Of a stretch of DNA of 64,000 nt, positions 26,714-39,538 are shown piece after piece. Location: NCBI RefSeq assembly GCF_000150275.1, contig NW_002060946.1:5494597-5558596 (forward strand). Reading direction: 5' to 3'. The position numbers and the translations under genes are program-made. Each line of letters opens with the position of its first letter. Positions within the stretch are counted from its first letter, which is position 1. The notes under the pieces are model-generated. The model saw only the letters and a list, made by a program, of their open reading frames with translations. It was not told where the DNA came from and searched no databases. Origin of the DNA: Trichoplax adhaerens (lineage: Eukaryota > Animalia > Placozoa).

Positions 26714-27784
26714 CTTGATGAGGAAAGGGTATTTCCAAAGTTATCCACCTGTTCTTGTTTGGCTCTTCATATTGTGAATAGGATGAAATTTTTTTGCTCA
26801 TCGCGTAATTTTATTGTATGACTAAGATAGTAAGACTAGTCTTTATCAATTTAGCTGTTTTATGAATAATAGTCTAAAATTCTAGTAGACGCCCTTTAAA
26901 ATTAGCATTATGAAAAATGAGTACAGTTGCACTATTATGTATTTTGATATAGAAAAGTATGGCTAATATCGATCCTTCTTGTTAATGTGATCGGAGACTC
27001 TTTATTAATCAGGTTTTGCGCTCGTAAGTTGTTCTATTACTGCAGCTAGCACTAGCATTAACGACCTGTTAATCTATCTTGAATTCTGGAAATAAATTTA
27101 ATAGCAAATACATTTAAATGTGTTCGTTTCCGAATAATACTGCTACCACAACTTCAAATTTGATTAGCTTGCACATCAACATTAACTGTAATTGGATTTA
27201 TGAAGGTCAAATAGAGTTATACGCTTCCCCCTTTCATGACTAAAGGCGATAAATCAGTTTTGACTATGCAATATCTTCTTCGTTAAATGAGCTATTGTTT
27301 ACACCATCGGTTTTCCTACAATTCACGATGACGATAGCCCTGAGCTGATAATATAATTAGACAAGGGTTAAGGATAGTGCATGGCAGAAAGTCATCGATA
27401 TTTATAGAAATCGGGTATTATACTGTATAACACATATTTAATTATACTGCACAATACAATCGTAGGGACTCAACATATGGTAGCGGAAAGGAAAAGCTCA
27501 AAATGATCTTTATTTACCTCTCTGAGACACCCTGTGACAGCATGGACTACGAAAAGAAAGCGAGGGGCTAGAAATGGTCGTTCGCTCGAGTGGAGGCTGA
27601 TTATTTTACTGGTCATTTTAGCTGCATTGCATGTCTGTAGTGGTGCACCATACAGTATTAGGCATCCAAATAAGCTACAGTCGATTATATTATTGAACCG
27701 TAGCAAAGGACGATTTGTCCGAGGTCTTCTTTTAGTAGTCCTTGATTTGATTCAGTATGGTAGACTTATTTATTGGTACGATAT

Positions 27785-28850
27785 AGTAGAATGACCGAAA
27801 AAATGATCAGCTAGCACAGTATTTATAGCTTTATTTATCCTTCCGTACAGTATGCAGTTCGTAGTTTGTGCAGTAAAAAGAAAGAGATTGTCTACTGAAT
27901 TAGCTACTAGGTTGGTTTCTATAATATGGTAGACGATTTGAGTGATACACGTCTACTCGAATGACCAAAATATCATCAGCCTACCTAGTGCCTATGTGAT
28001 AGAATAGAGATTATAGAAGAAAGCTCCAAGTACACTCTCTTCCCTCTACCTTTCTCCATGAGGCTGTTAGAGCGGTACGCATATACACTACGTAGAATGA
28101 CCAAAAACATGATCACCCTGTCTATATGACAGGATAGAGGTCATAGAAGAAAACTCTAAGTACACTCTCTTCCCTCTACCTCTCTCCATAAGGCAGTTAG
28201 AGTGATAGGCATAGACAATATACTGCGTAGAATGATGCCAGAAAATGGTCCCTTGGCTAGTGCCTATGTGATAGAATACTGTAGAGACTATAGAGCAGAA
28301 GAGAACTCCACCTACACTCTTTTCCCTCGGCCTTTCTCGATGAGGTAGATTGAGACGTAAAATGACCAAAAAAGATGATCAGAATGCCTAGTGCTTATGT
28401 GATAGAATAGAGGCTATAGCAGAAGAAACTCCAAGGACTCTCTCTTCTCGGTCTTTCTCAATGAGGCAGATCGAGACGTAAAATGACCAAAAAGATGATC
28501 AGCCCGCTTAGTGCTTATGTGATAGAATAGAGGCTGTAGCAGAAGAAACTCCAAGGACACTCTCTCTCGATGAGGCAGTTTGAGCAGTACGGGTATATTA
28601 TGTAGAATGACCAAAATATGAGCAGCATGACTTCTGCCTAATTGCCGATAGGTTACAGCAGAAGAAAACTGCAACTACACGATGTTCCCTTTACCTCTCT
28701 CTATGAGATAGCTTGAGTGGTAGGCATATATTATTTAGAATGAGCGAAAATTGATCATCCTCCCTAGTGCTTGTGTTATAGAATAGAAACGATAGCAGAA
28801 GAAAATTCCAAGGACACTCTCTTCTCCATGAGGCAGTTTGAGTATCTGCC
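27785..28850. repeat. Minisatellite-like tandem array, ~8 units of 120-170 bp
   Basis: Recurrent AATGACCAAAA...GATC...CTAGTGC(C/T)TATGTGATAGAATAGAG...AGCAGAAGAAACTCCAAG.ACACTCTCT...ATGAGGCAG, with anchors near 27790, 27960, 28096, 28230, 28361, 28481, 28606 and 28739. Confidence 0.9.
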
Positions 28851-29033
28851 TCTCTTATAATCATATTATGGACTACCAAATCCCGGAAAAAAGTGCATGA
28901 TATGAATGTAGCTTTAAAAGCTTTAAATTCGAGTAGTCAGTCCATAGTCCTGTTCTCTGAAGTCTAAACTAGACGAGGCATGGGAGTCCCTTCGGTGTGC
29001 TTGGACCACCCTACCACACCCCCTTACCGATGC

Positions 29034-29125
29034 TATAAAAGCCTATAGCAAACGGTTATTCTCTCTCTCCTCTTGCCATACCAGCAATTGAGAAAGTGAA
29101 GATCTTTTCTTACCACAAGGTAAGT
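29034..29125 (+). promoter_or_regulatory. Putative TATA promoter and short non-coding first exon, probably of HPGD paralog 3
   Basis: TATAAAAG at 29034-29041 follows a CACCC-rich stretch, a pyrimidine tract lies ~25-30 nt downstream, and a consensus donor AG|GTAAGT sits at 29119/29120. Candidate acceptors lie just upstream of the ATG at 32119. Confidence 0.45.
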
Positions 29126-29363
29126 AATGACTTATTTCATTTATTTCTCGACTTGTTCACCATGTAGCCTATAATACCCTACAGTTCTTAGCTCTCTACT
29201 TAGCCAAGTAGGCCGATAGAACACTTGGCTAGGATAGGAGTATCGTATTATCAATCAATAATCGATGTGAGTGTCGAGATAGAGAGCCGATAACGCCTAT
29301 CTCGGCCTTGATAACTCCTTTGATTACGGTGCCTTGTTGGCCAGCGATGCTGATTGAATCTAT

Positions 29364-29716
29364 TTCCAGCCTATTTCATGACTGGATAAAATAGAATAGC
29401 ACCAATTCATTTAGAACTATTATTGTTATTGAGGCTGGATGATGAATCGATGTTATTTCATCGTTTATTATTGCCCAGTAGTTCGTCGAATTAGGAATAC
29501 TTGGACGCTTGACCTTTATCATGTAGTTGATTGGATTGCCTTCTTGCCTAGCGATGCGGATTCGATCCATCTTCAGCCCATTCTATAACAGGATAGAATA
29601 GAATAATACCAATTGATTAGAATTACTATGGCTATTGAGGGCTTGATGATGGATCGATGTTATTTCATCGTTGTTATTGCCCACTAGATCGTTGAATTAG
29701 GACTATTTCGACGCTT
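29364..29716. repeat. Direct duplication of ~145 bp (29364-29510 and 29572-29716)
   Basis: Shared ATAGAATA...CCAATT...TATTGAGG...GATGATG.ATCGATGTTATTTCATCGTT...TTATTGCCCA.TAG...GAATTAGGA...GACGCTT. Confidence 0.85.
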
Positions 29717-30759
29717 AGATAGCACGACACCTGAACAGGTACTGACAGGGTAGACGCCCATATGCGATAGGCAAATTAAGAAAATGCCAACAAACATGAT
29801 AGTTTTTCTTCCTATTCCTTATCATGCTATTCTAAATGAGTCCTAGCATGCGGACTTGACAGAATAGTCTTGAATCGATCTACGCTATAAGCTGCTTGAT
29901 AAATACAAATCACTCTCCTAAAGAGATGCCACTTGTTCCGCAAATCGATCCTGACAGGTATGTGCTCAAACTCAGGCTTGTTGAGTGCAGTAGCATGGCC
30001 ATTATCATACTTTGTAGTTAGACTATATTGTAGTCTAGCGACTAGAAGAGTGTGATGTATGATGAAACACTTTTTTTAATTCCTGCTTTTTACTAAATAG
30101 TAGTCGCAACTTACAATATCGGCTTTTTTTCATTATGTTGTCAGTTGATAACGTAGTAACATTCCCTAATCACGGCATAAATAAATATCGATATATCAAA
30201 ATCGTTGGTACGAGTATACGGAACTGAAATTGTAGAGAGAAATCGATTGATTTACACTCGCTGCACTATTTTCGAAATGGATGATGCACAGGTACATGTC
30301 GTAGGCTTGTTAATTGATGATGATGGAATTAATAAAGCCAGGTAGCGTCAACTGCAGGTGAAAATCTGGTACAAGGAGGATATGCTCATGGCGGAAAATG
30401 TGGCTAGGGAAAGATCTTTAATTTGATCAATTTAGTTCGATAACGCTAATAGAACCTTGTCAGTAATTCCTTTTGATCCCATTCCTCTTCGGATCTGTGA
30501 TTAATTTAGGCACATTTCTACCTGCAGGATCTTGCCACTCACTTTAATAACCTATACCAATTACTACATTATTATTTTAGAACATAAAATGCCATTTAGA
30601 ACTGCTCCCATTACTGTCCCCTTTCTAACTGCAATGTAAATTTACAATATAAGACTGCTATTGTTACCTGTAGCGTCTTCCTTCCGACATTGATTAATCT
30701 TTTCTAAAGATATCATATGGTGCAGCATAATACATAATTTTTTCCGGTCAATAACCACC

Positions 30760-31940
30760 GAAATTTCCTTTTCTATCATCAATTTGTAGACTTAAGAGGT
30801 GGATTTTTACAGTATGCTAAGTTCTATGTAATTATTGACTTTAAAATGGAAATACTTCAAGTCTGGTATTATCTTGTGTAAAATGCATAGTATACCGTAT
30901 AATTGCTTAAATAGCCACTAAAATTTCTCATCAATTACAATTTTGTGTGCTTATGATATCGATCTTTTCAGTATCCTAAATTCTATGAAACTACTGACAT
31001 TAAAATGACGATCTATTTCAAATCTTGTAGCAATTACTGCGCGCAAAGTATAACGAACGAGATATATTCTAATCATTACTAAAATACGCATTGCAACGTA
31101 TAATTGCTCAAATCACAACAAAAATTTCTCATCTTTTACAATTTACTTGATTATAGTGTCAATTTTTGTATCAGACTAAATTCGATGTAATTAATGACAT
31201 TAGATTGATGGATAGTCTATTAAAAATATAAAATGAATGATCGTTATCATAATGCATCGTGTGTAATTTCTTCAATAACAACTAAAATCTCTCATCATCA
31301 CTTACATAATAAGATTTCGATCTATACTCTAGGCAAATCCTATGTAATTGCATTTTATATAGCAATGGTATATAGTTTCCTAAAGAACAACTAAATTTTC
31401 ATCAATCACAATTTATGTGGTTATGGTGTCAATCTTTACATGGCACTAAATTCGAAATATTTAATTATTGATATCAGATCTAGGATTCACGTATTTCAAA
31501 TACGACACTTTTAATGTTACTATATAGCATGATGTTTAGCTTTATAAAGAAAAATCAAAATTTTTCATCAATTACAATTTATATCAGTGTCGATCTTTAC
31601 ATTGCTGTAGACAAAATTTAATGTAATGTTACGCCGTATGCATACGAGTACTTACCTAAAGAAAACCTAAATTTCCATCAATCACAACTTATGTAAATAT
31701 AGTGCCGATCTCGGCATTAGACTAAATTCTGCGTAATAACTCAAGCCAGATTGAAGATTTATTTCAAATGTAGAACGATTAAAATGTTTATTTGATATCA
31801 TGATGTTTAGCTTTTTTAAAGAACAATCAAAATTTTTCGTCAATCGCAACTTATGCAGTCATGCTATCGATCTCTACTTTAGGCTAACTAGTATATCATT
31901 CTTGATACTAGATTGAGGATCTTTTTCAAATCTAGTATTG
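30760..31940. repeat. Highly degenerate tandem repeat (~110-240 bp units) upstream of the HPGD3 coding region
   Basis: Recurrent AAATTT..CATCAAT(T/C)ACAA.TT...GTGTC.ATCT...CTAAATTC motif. Confidence 0.7.
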
Positions 31941-32118
31941 TTTATACCAAAATGATTTTAGCTCCAAATAACTCATATGCTGCTTGTCAATTCTACATGA
32001 TAGATGTCTTCTAGTAGTGCTTATAAAATAGCTCGATACAAATCCAAATACTAATTTTTTGCTCAATATCTCATTTTATCAAGTTTGACGATTTCCAGTC
32101 CATCAACTATCCACAAAC

Positions 32119-34493
32119 ATGACTTATGATATCAAAGGTAAAACTGCCATCGTTACCGGCAGTGCTCGAGGCATTGGCAAATGCATCTGCAGTGATTTAC
32201 TCAAGAAAGGAGCTAATGTAAGTTTATAAAAGATGTAAATCTTTTACTTGGCTAATAATATCGCCTAGCTAACAAGTAGGTTGTATTTGCTACTGATCAT
32301 TGTAAAAGTGGCAGGCAATAAATGATACAGACATATCATTACTAAATGCCGTCATGCTACTTGTAGCCTTTTAGCTACGACGAATGATTACATTCAATTC
32401 CAATATGGAGTTTAATGATAGTATATAAATAAAATAATGGAATGATACTATGATTAATTAAATAACAAACATAATTCTTATTTACCGATATGAATTAATA
32501 TTGATAACTTAAAGTAAAGAAGTTCTTTGTCTTTGTAAATTAATTAAGTCAGTATTGCTATAGCAAGGTAGCTGTACCGCTAATTGATCCCATCCCATTA
32601 AATTCTATCAACTAGCTGTCAAATGCATAGTATTATATTAGCATAACTTTTTAGATTGAGAAGACGCTCATAAAAATGTCTTAGAAATTAGAATTCCTTG
32701 TTATCATAATACTGATAAATAAATATCCATTTGATAATGAGCTTAGATATGAATCAAATAATTATAGCGTTGTTGCCATCATAAAATTTGATATCGTTAT
32801 AATAGGAAAGTTTGTCGAAACGTTTTCAACGAATAAAATTTCGATTCTCGGAATTTATTTTACTACAGTATTTACACTCTAAAAATATCAATGTATTTTT
32901 ATAAGGTATTATATGGTAGCTTACCAACCATTAATAAGTTTATCTATACTTTAGGTTGTTGTTAGCGATACAGCAGAAGATGTTGGTAATGAAACTACTG
33001 CAGAATTTCAAAAAGAATTCGGAGAAAGCAGAGTTGTTTTTATCAGATGCAATGTAACCAAAGAAGAAGACTTGCAAAGTACGGATCCAATAACGATGAA
33101 TATCTCGATCGATTTATGACTTGTACAGCTGTACCTAATTAATCTCTTGTATTAGATGGATTTCTATAGACTCACTTTTACAACAAGTGTCCATAAACTT
33201 ATGCAATTTATTACTTTAAAATGCGTTTATCTTATCGATAAATATACTATCATTATTTTTCTATGATCACAACATCATCATTGGCAATATCAGATCTATA
33301 CAGCAAAGCTATTGCAACTTTTGGCTACGTTGATATAGTCGTTAACAATGCGGGTATTTTGAATGAGGAAAACTGGAAGTTGATGATGGAAATCAATGTG
33401 GTAAGTCTTGAGCTGGCAGATCTAATGTTTACTATTAACGTAGAATAGTTTATGAAAACTGCTTCTATCGATTGATTGTATCCTTAACTTGACTTGATGC
33501 TGTTTGTTATGAATACAATTCAATATTCTTGCCATGTGCAGACCAGCATTAATCGAGACATTAATTTTTACTCCCAGACTGGCTTAATCCGATCATGCCA
33601 GTTGGCTCTAGATAATATGTCGACGAAAAATAAGGGTAAAGGTGGTGTGGTCGTTAATTTGGCTTCAGTAGCAGGTAAAAATTCTGATCGATTTTCTAAT
33701 AATTCAATCATGCTTTCGATACTATTCTAGTTAATATCAAAAATAGAGATGTTTGCAGTATGGATAGTACTGAAATATTTTCCGTAGGAGTAAGACATGA
33801 AATGCTAATATGTAGTATTACAAAACTCGTCAATATAACGTATGGAATAACTCTATAGGACTCATGGCTGGAGAAGGCTCAAAAGTATACCATGCATCAA
33901 AACATGCTGTTTATGGTTACACCCGAAGTCAATATGTAATTTTCTCCAATGCCATATAATGCATTTTTTTGCAATATAATTTACCTTGTTCAATGAGCTT
34001 GTATTCTATTTTAAAGCTAACACAAGGCACGGATAATGTGCGTTTCAACTGTGTTTGCCCATTTTTGGTGGATACTGCGTTAGCCCAAGATTGGGATAAT
34101 TCCAATCGTACTTTCCTAACAAGTGATCTGATTGAAAAATTAAAGGCACATATGTTGAAGTAAGTAATATGTTGCTATTTTCTATCTGTCAATATGCTTC
34201 TATTTAATTGAATTCAATAATTATCAGAAATAAAAGTACGAATTATTATTAGAATAAATGGCATACATTGTTAAGCATATAATCTTTTACCAGGTGTAAC
34301 CTTTATAGTTTTACAGCTCATTTAGTATAACTTAACTATTATTGACATCAATTAACATAAATATAGGACAGAGGACATTGCTGAAGCTGTTATATTCCTC
34401 ATCGAAGATGAATCAAATGCCGGCAAAGCATATTTAGTAACGCCATTCCAAAAATGGGATTACTATGAGCAACCATCTGTCTTGCCTTTTTAA
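32119..34493 (+). CDS. HPGD: 15-hydroxyprostaglandin dehydrogenase-like SDR, paralog 3 (more divergent). Exons 32119-32217, 32955-33078, 33294-33400, 33578-33674, 33859-33935, 34017-34159, 34367-34493
   Basis: Motifs [56 protein letters not shown], catalytic [18 protein letters not shown]; ends QPSVLPF* with no PTS1. Intron positions are the same as in paralog 2. Confidence 0.9.
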
Positions 34494-37431
34494 GTTAAAT
34501 AATGGATTACTCGATCATCTTGCGTGAACGGTATCTATTTCTAGCTTAAATTTCTTAACTGCAACTTTCTTTTGGGTGATTAATTAGTATTACACTGTCA
34601 GAGCGTATTTGCTATATCAATACTTTTAAAATTACGTCATTACCGATAATGTTAAGTTAGCCAGGACTTAAAATTGATTTGGTATCGATAGTAGTTATAT
34701 TTAATGATCAGTACAAGGCCATTGATAAGGGTATATTATGCTTAATAGTCATAATTTATTTCGGTTCAATATTACACATTAATCAGATACTAGAGAATTG
34801 CAAAATATTATTCTAGCTTGATCTACTATTATTTTGCATTTTCACAATATGCACTTTATCATCAACGTTGTGTATTGTTAGCATTTGATAATTGATGATT
34901 CTGGCTAAAATAAATATGGTGTATTGTTGTAATTCCGCGTAAATTTTAAGATTCCTTCAGTATTCCTTAACTACTTATAGTTAAGTAAAACTCTAGTTAT
35001 AAGTACTTATATCGGCTATTCTTATTGTAAGATAAGATAGTGTTTTGCTAATTCTAGCAAATTGATCAAATTGAAGTGAAGTGAAGTAAGCGAGATCTTG
35101 CAGCTGCTCTTTTCGTCAACGGGTTGATGAGATGATTGTAACTTTCGACTTATTTAAAAATCAATCAGCTTAAGCCTATCCACGGTACTAATCTACTTTG
35201 GTGATGAATCACCCCTAGAGTCCAATTTGCTTACCTGCATGTTTTACGAATTTGCCATTAATATACTTCTTTAATGATAATATTTGGAGATCCGGTTGCT
35301 ATTTACTCACGATTAATGAAGCAATATATCCTATAAAAATTGACGCAATCATTTCTAGAGTCTAGTATATTATCTACAAACTTGGATCTATAAATTTGCT
35401 GTAAATACATTCATTATTTATTGGTGATTACTAGGGTAGTAACTACTGACAAAATGATAATGCGGTCATTCCTAAAGTCCATATCTTTGCTCACTTGTCC
35501 TACGGATTTGTTGTTAATGCATTTACTTTAGTCATAACTATACGATGGAGATATTGTCAGTACTTAAAGCGTACTGTAGATAGATACTGGGGAGAACAAA
35601 GGTAGTGTTCTGTATACTTATTTACAGTTTTAATGTCCCGTTAAAAATTTCGATTTGTAGCACAAGAGTCTATTAAAATCCCCGTTATATCGATATGTTG
35701 GCTTTGGATATAGCATAGGCTACTAGTATAAGCACACTGCAGTCAATAAATATCTGGATAGGAACTCAAAATATGAGTGTATTATTCCTTCGTACGGCCT
35801 ATGCATTATAAATGAAAGGCGATCAAGCCACAGCCATCTAGAATTCATTCATTTGATTCTATCAAATAGATGCAATACGAAGCTGGTAAAGCGTCTTCTT
35901 ATTTCTACTCAAATTGTTTTTCTATGGAAATAGAAATACGAACACTCATCTAATATCGTATTTAATTGTTAGACCATACTTTAATACTCATCATACTGAA
36001 ATTCTTCCAGTAATGACAGGAGAGTTCAAAAGCTCAAATATTAGAAATGCATATTGTATCAGAGTAGTACTCAATAATATATAAAATTGGTTATTGTTAG
36101 ATGGAAGCTATGGCAAATGTATTTATCCATTGATTTTAATGAATTTAAGTGTAGACAAGATAATGAAATGATAAAATTCTTCCATAATCATTATATAAGC
36201 AACAACGAATATCTAAGCTAAAAGAGGCCAAATTATGTTAGAGGATTAGGCAAGTTATCTATGTCTGACATTTTAAGGATTATCATCTAGCCTATTTTAA
36301 TCCATTCTTATCCTATAATAGCCGGATATCAATGGCTGAACTAACATCTGAACTGCTAATTTCTTCTCAATACAAATTAGATTCTACATTTATATCTAGT
36401 TACTACGGTGCCTACTGTATTCTGATCGCAGATGGTAAATGTAATTCCTTCCTACAATATACCGATATATCTTCCATTATATCTAGTTGCTGCCTAATGC
36501 CACAATAGCCAGTAAATATATTACTGCTGTATCTTATACTGTTTTATTTCTCTTCTACATCTTTATATCCTTCATGTTACTCTCATCATGGAAGCAGACA
36601 GTAAAATTGACTTCTTTTTATACTGATTTATCTCTTCTATTTGGATGCTTCCTATTATGATAGCAGACAGTAAATGCAGTTCGTTCTTATGCCGATTGGT
36701 GTCTCCTTTATCCTGTAAGATACTAAACAAGAATAAAATAACATTGTCTCAATCCTCTCTTTTTATAATTATAAGTTGATAGTTGAAATATACAGTAGTA
36801 AAATATTTCTAAAAATTATCCTACAAAATTAGAGATCATTTTTAAAAGCGTTAGAACTTATAAGACACTGTCTCTATTTCAACATTACAAAAACCTTGAC
36901 GATTTAAATTAGTCTAATTTCATTTTTTATCAAAACTAGCCATTGACTCTTCGAGAGAAAAAAATGAGAGCATGTAACTTATTACCATTTTGTAATTTTA
37001 GATAATTAAGTAGCGCATCGATTGAACGACAAGCATTGTTATAATATTATTACACTCTGGCAGTGGGTGTCAAAATGAATGTTTTTAATGTGTTAAAAAC
37101 TTTGCACCAGTGGTGGTAACAATGATATAAAAATTAATACTATACCTTCAATTAGTAATAAACTACTAGATTGTTCTTATTCATAACCATAATTGAAGCT
37201 ACTATTCAATCTAAGTTAGAATAGATTAATTTATTATTACCGATGACAACAACAAGAACTATTCTTAGTCACAGTATTATTTAAGATAGATAGTTTCTAT
37301 TGTAGTTGAATATCGATTGCTAATAATGGTAATTTTATCATAACGGACCGACAAGACTATCTTACAGTCTAGTTGAATATTCGAATCGATTATATAGTTT
37401 TCAGTTCTAATTTGTGTTACTATTTTATAAC

Positions 37432-37627
37432 ACAAATTTGAACACAATAACGTAAATTTGAATCTACAAACGACAAGCATCCACATGTTGCTCACTACTA
37501 GGTGTATACCCTTTAGTGAAAGTTTTCGAACATAATTTGAACACGATCACGTTAATTTGAATCTACATGTGACAAGCATCCACATGTTGCTTGCTACTAG
37601 GTGTATACCCTTGGGTAAAAGTTTTCG
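37432..37627. repeat. Tandem duplication, 2 x ~99 bp
   Basis: AATTTGAACAC...AATTTGAATCTACA...GACAAGCATCCACATGTTGCT..CTACTAGGTGTATACCCTT...AAAGTTTTCG occurs twice. Confidence 0.9.
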
Positions 37628-39094
37628 TCGACAGCAATAAAGATACGATTTATTATTTTTGATACTTATGTGCCTTGATTGTAGTCAAAGACGTAAACAA
37701 GTTGAAGGTAGAGAGTAGATATAGAAAATAAGAAAAGATGGAGAAAATCAATAGAGATAAAAGATTAACCTATTAGCAAAGTATAAAAATAGTTTAAGAT
37801 ACAATAGATCAGATCGACTGTTATTCTTGATGATGGTAGAGATATTATTATTTTAATCAAGACGAATTGATGGCGCCATCGTATTTGGTAGAGATATACA
37901 AAAATGACAGTAGTAATCAACTGATTGCATATCTGTCTTTTCTTTAACAGATTGTTTATATCCACGATGATCAATATGAGATAATAATATTTTTTTAAAC
38001 TCAATCCTACCATGATTATCATTATTATTACCAACAATGATATTGTTATATTTAGAATTTGATTAGCATATATTATAGACTGATTTATTCAATATCTTCT
38101 TAATTTGATATTTTCTGGAATGATGATTATCATCTTTTCAAATCTTTGAATCATTCTATTCCAAAATCATGTTACTAACACAGACTATCTTGGGTTGTAT
38201 TAAAATTTTAAAGCAGTAAAGACGATTTTATCATCTATTCTCTCTTTCTCTCTCGATCCTTTCGACCCATGTTGATCGATAGCATTTCTCAACTTGTCGA
38301 CGATTGAATAAGTTGTTGTTGTCTTCTTCTTCATCCTTTTCCTCTTCTATCACGTGATGGGGCACTATTGATGATGGATTGGCAACAAGATGATAGAAAT
38401 TAATAAGCCTACGAAGAGAATTAAATTGTTCATAATGCTTAATTATCATTCATATGATTGATGTATTGTATTCTTATCTATGAAAGAGTATTTTACTATT
38501 ATAGTTAGATCAATAGAAGGCTGTCGATAACATTATTGCAAGATTAGATTGGATTGTTTGAGAAACATTAAATTGAAATGAGGAATAGATACGGCACAGA
38601 CATCATTAGACTGGCTTTTATTCTTCCCACCTTTTATCTCGTAGTAACAGCCTATTACTATGCAATTTTAGCAGCATTCTTTTCTCTCTTTTTGTGTACT
38701 ACATAAGTGGTTAGTTGAAAAGCAACACGAGTAACCAATGTGTGTGTACATTATATTAATTCCATAGGATTGCTTATTTATTCGTCATGATTGTAAAATA
38801 AAGTGTTGAATAACTGCTATTAAAATCAATCTTTCATGTCTCGTTCAATCATTTAGATAGAATACTAATGATTGCTTGCCTTTCTATTGATTATTAAAGA
38901 ACTGGCTACCCAGGGCAATTTCCTTTCCATGAGTAGATTAGCATGGGTAGAAGTCTATTTCAAGTAATTTGATAATTAAGACAAGTTAATTTAGTGTTGA
39001 AAAGTTTCAATCAAAGACTGGGCTTCAATAATTTAAATAGCCACAGTTCCTTTTTTCTGGAATTTCTGATTGATTGATTGATTGACATCCAAGT

Positions 39095-39275
39095 AGAGTC
39101 TCTATATATACAATTATACAATTTAGCTATCCTTCTGTACACAAAATTCTTTCGTCTATTGTACACTTAATGTACAATATATATTGTATATACAGTCTAG
39201 AGAGAGAGAGAGAGTGAGAGAGATAGAAGGAAGTACAATTTGAAGATAGACATCTCTCGTCCTCTCTCTATATAT
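39095..39275. repeat. (GA)n microsatellite with a complementary (TC) tract, ~300 bp upstream of the putative PPP4R1 start
   Basis: AGAGAGAGAGAGAGAGTGAGAGAGA at ~39199-39223 and CATCTCTCGTCCTCTCTCTA at 39251-39270. Confidence 0.8.
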
Positions 39276-39538
39276 GTTGATATAAGCCACTTTTCTTATT
39301 ATTATTTATGTTCACTACTGTCAATCATGAGTAGTATCTTTAACATCATGGCGTCGTTGTGGTTGCAGTTGATCAAGAATGATTTAGTCTCAACCATCTA
39401 TCCTTAAATCTAATTAAATTGCTCAATTTTTTCCTACCCTTCTCTCATCGACTAAACACCGTTATTCCTACGCCACCTTGTAATATTATTGTGCATGGTA
39501 ATTGTTGGCTGTGTAGTCCATTCCAACATGCAATTACA

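Noticed and set aside
27785-28850. Repeat array superficially like a CRISPR, plus ORFs at 28088-28879
   Set aside because: The context is eukaryotic, the units are long and degenerate with no unique spacers, and there are no cas genes. The ORFs are repeat-derived.
34500-39090. Short ORFs between HPGD3 and PPP4R1 (37277, 37765, 38231)
   Set aside because: They are AT-biased with no recognisable domains and no coherent exon chain.
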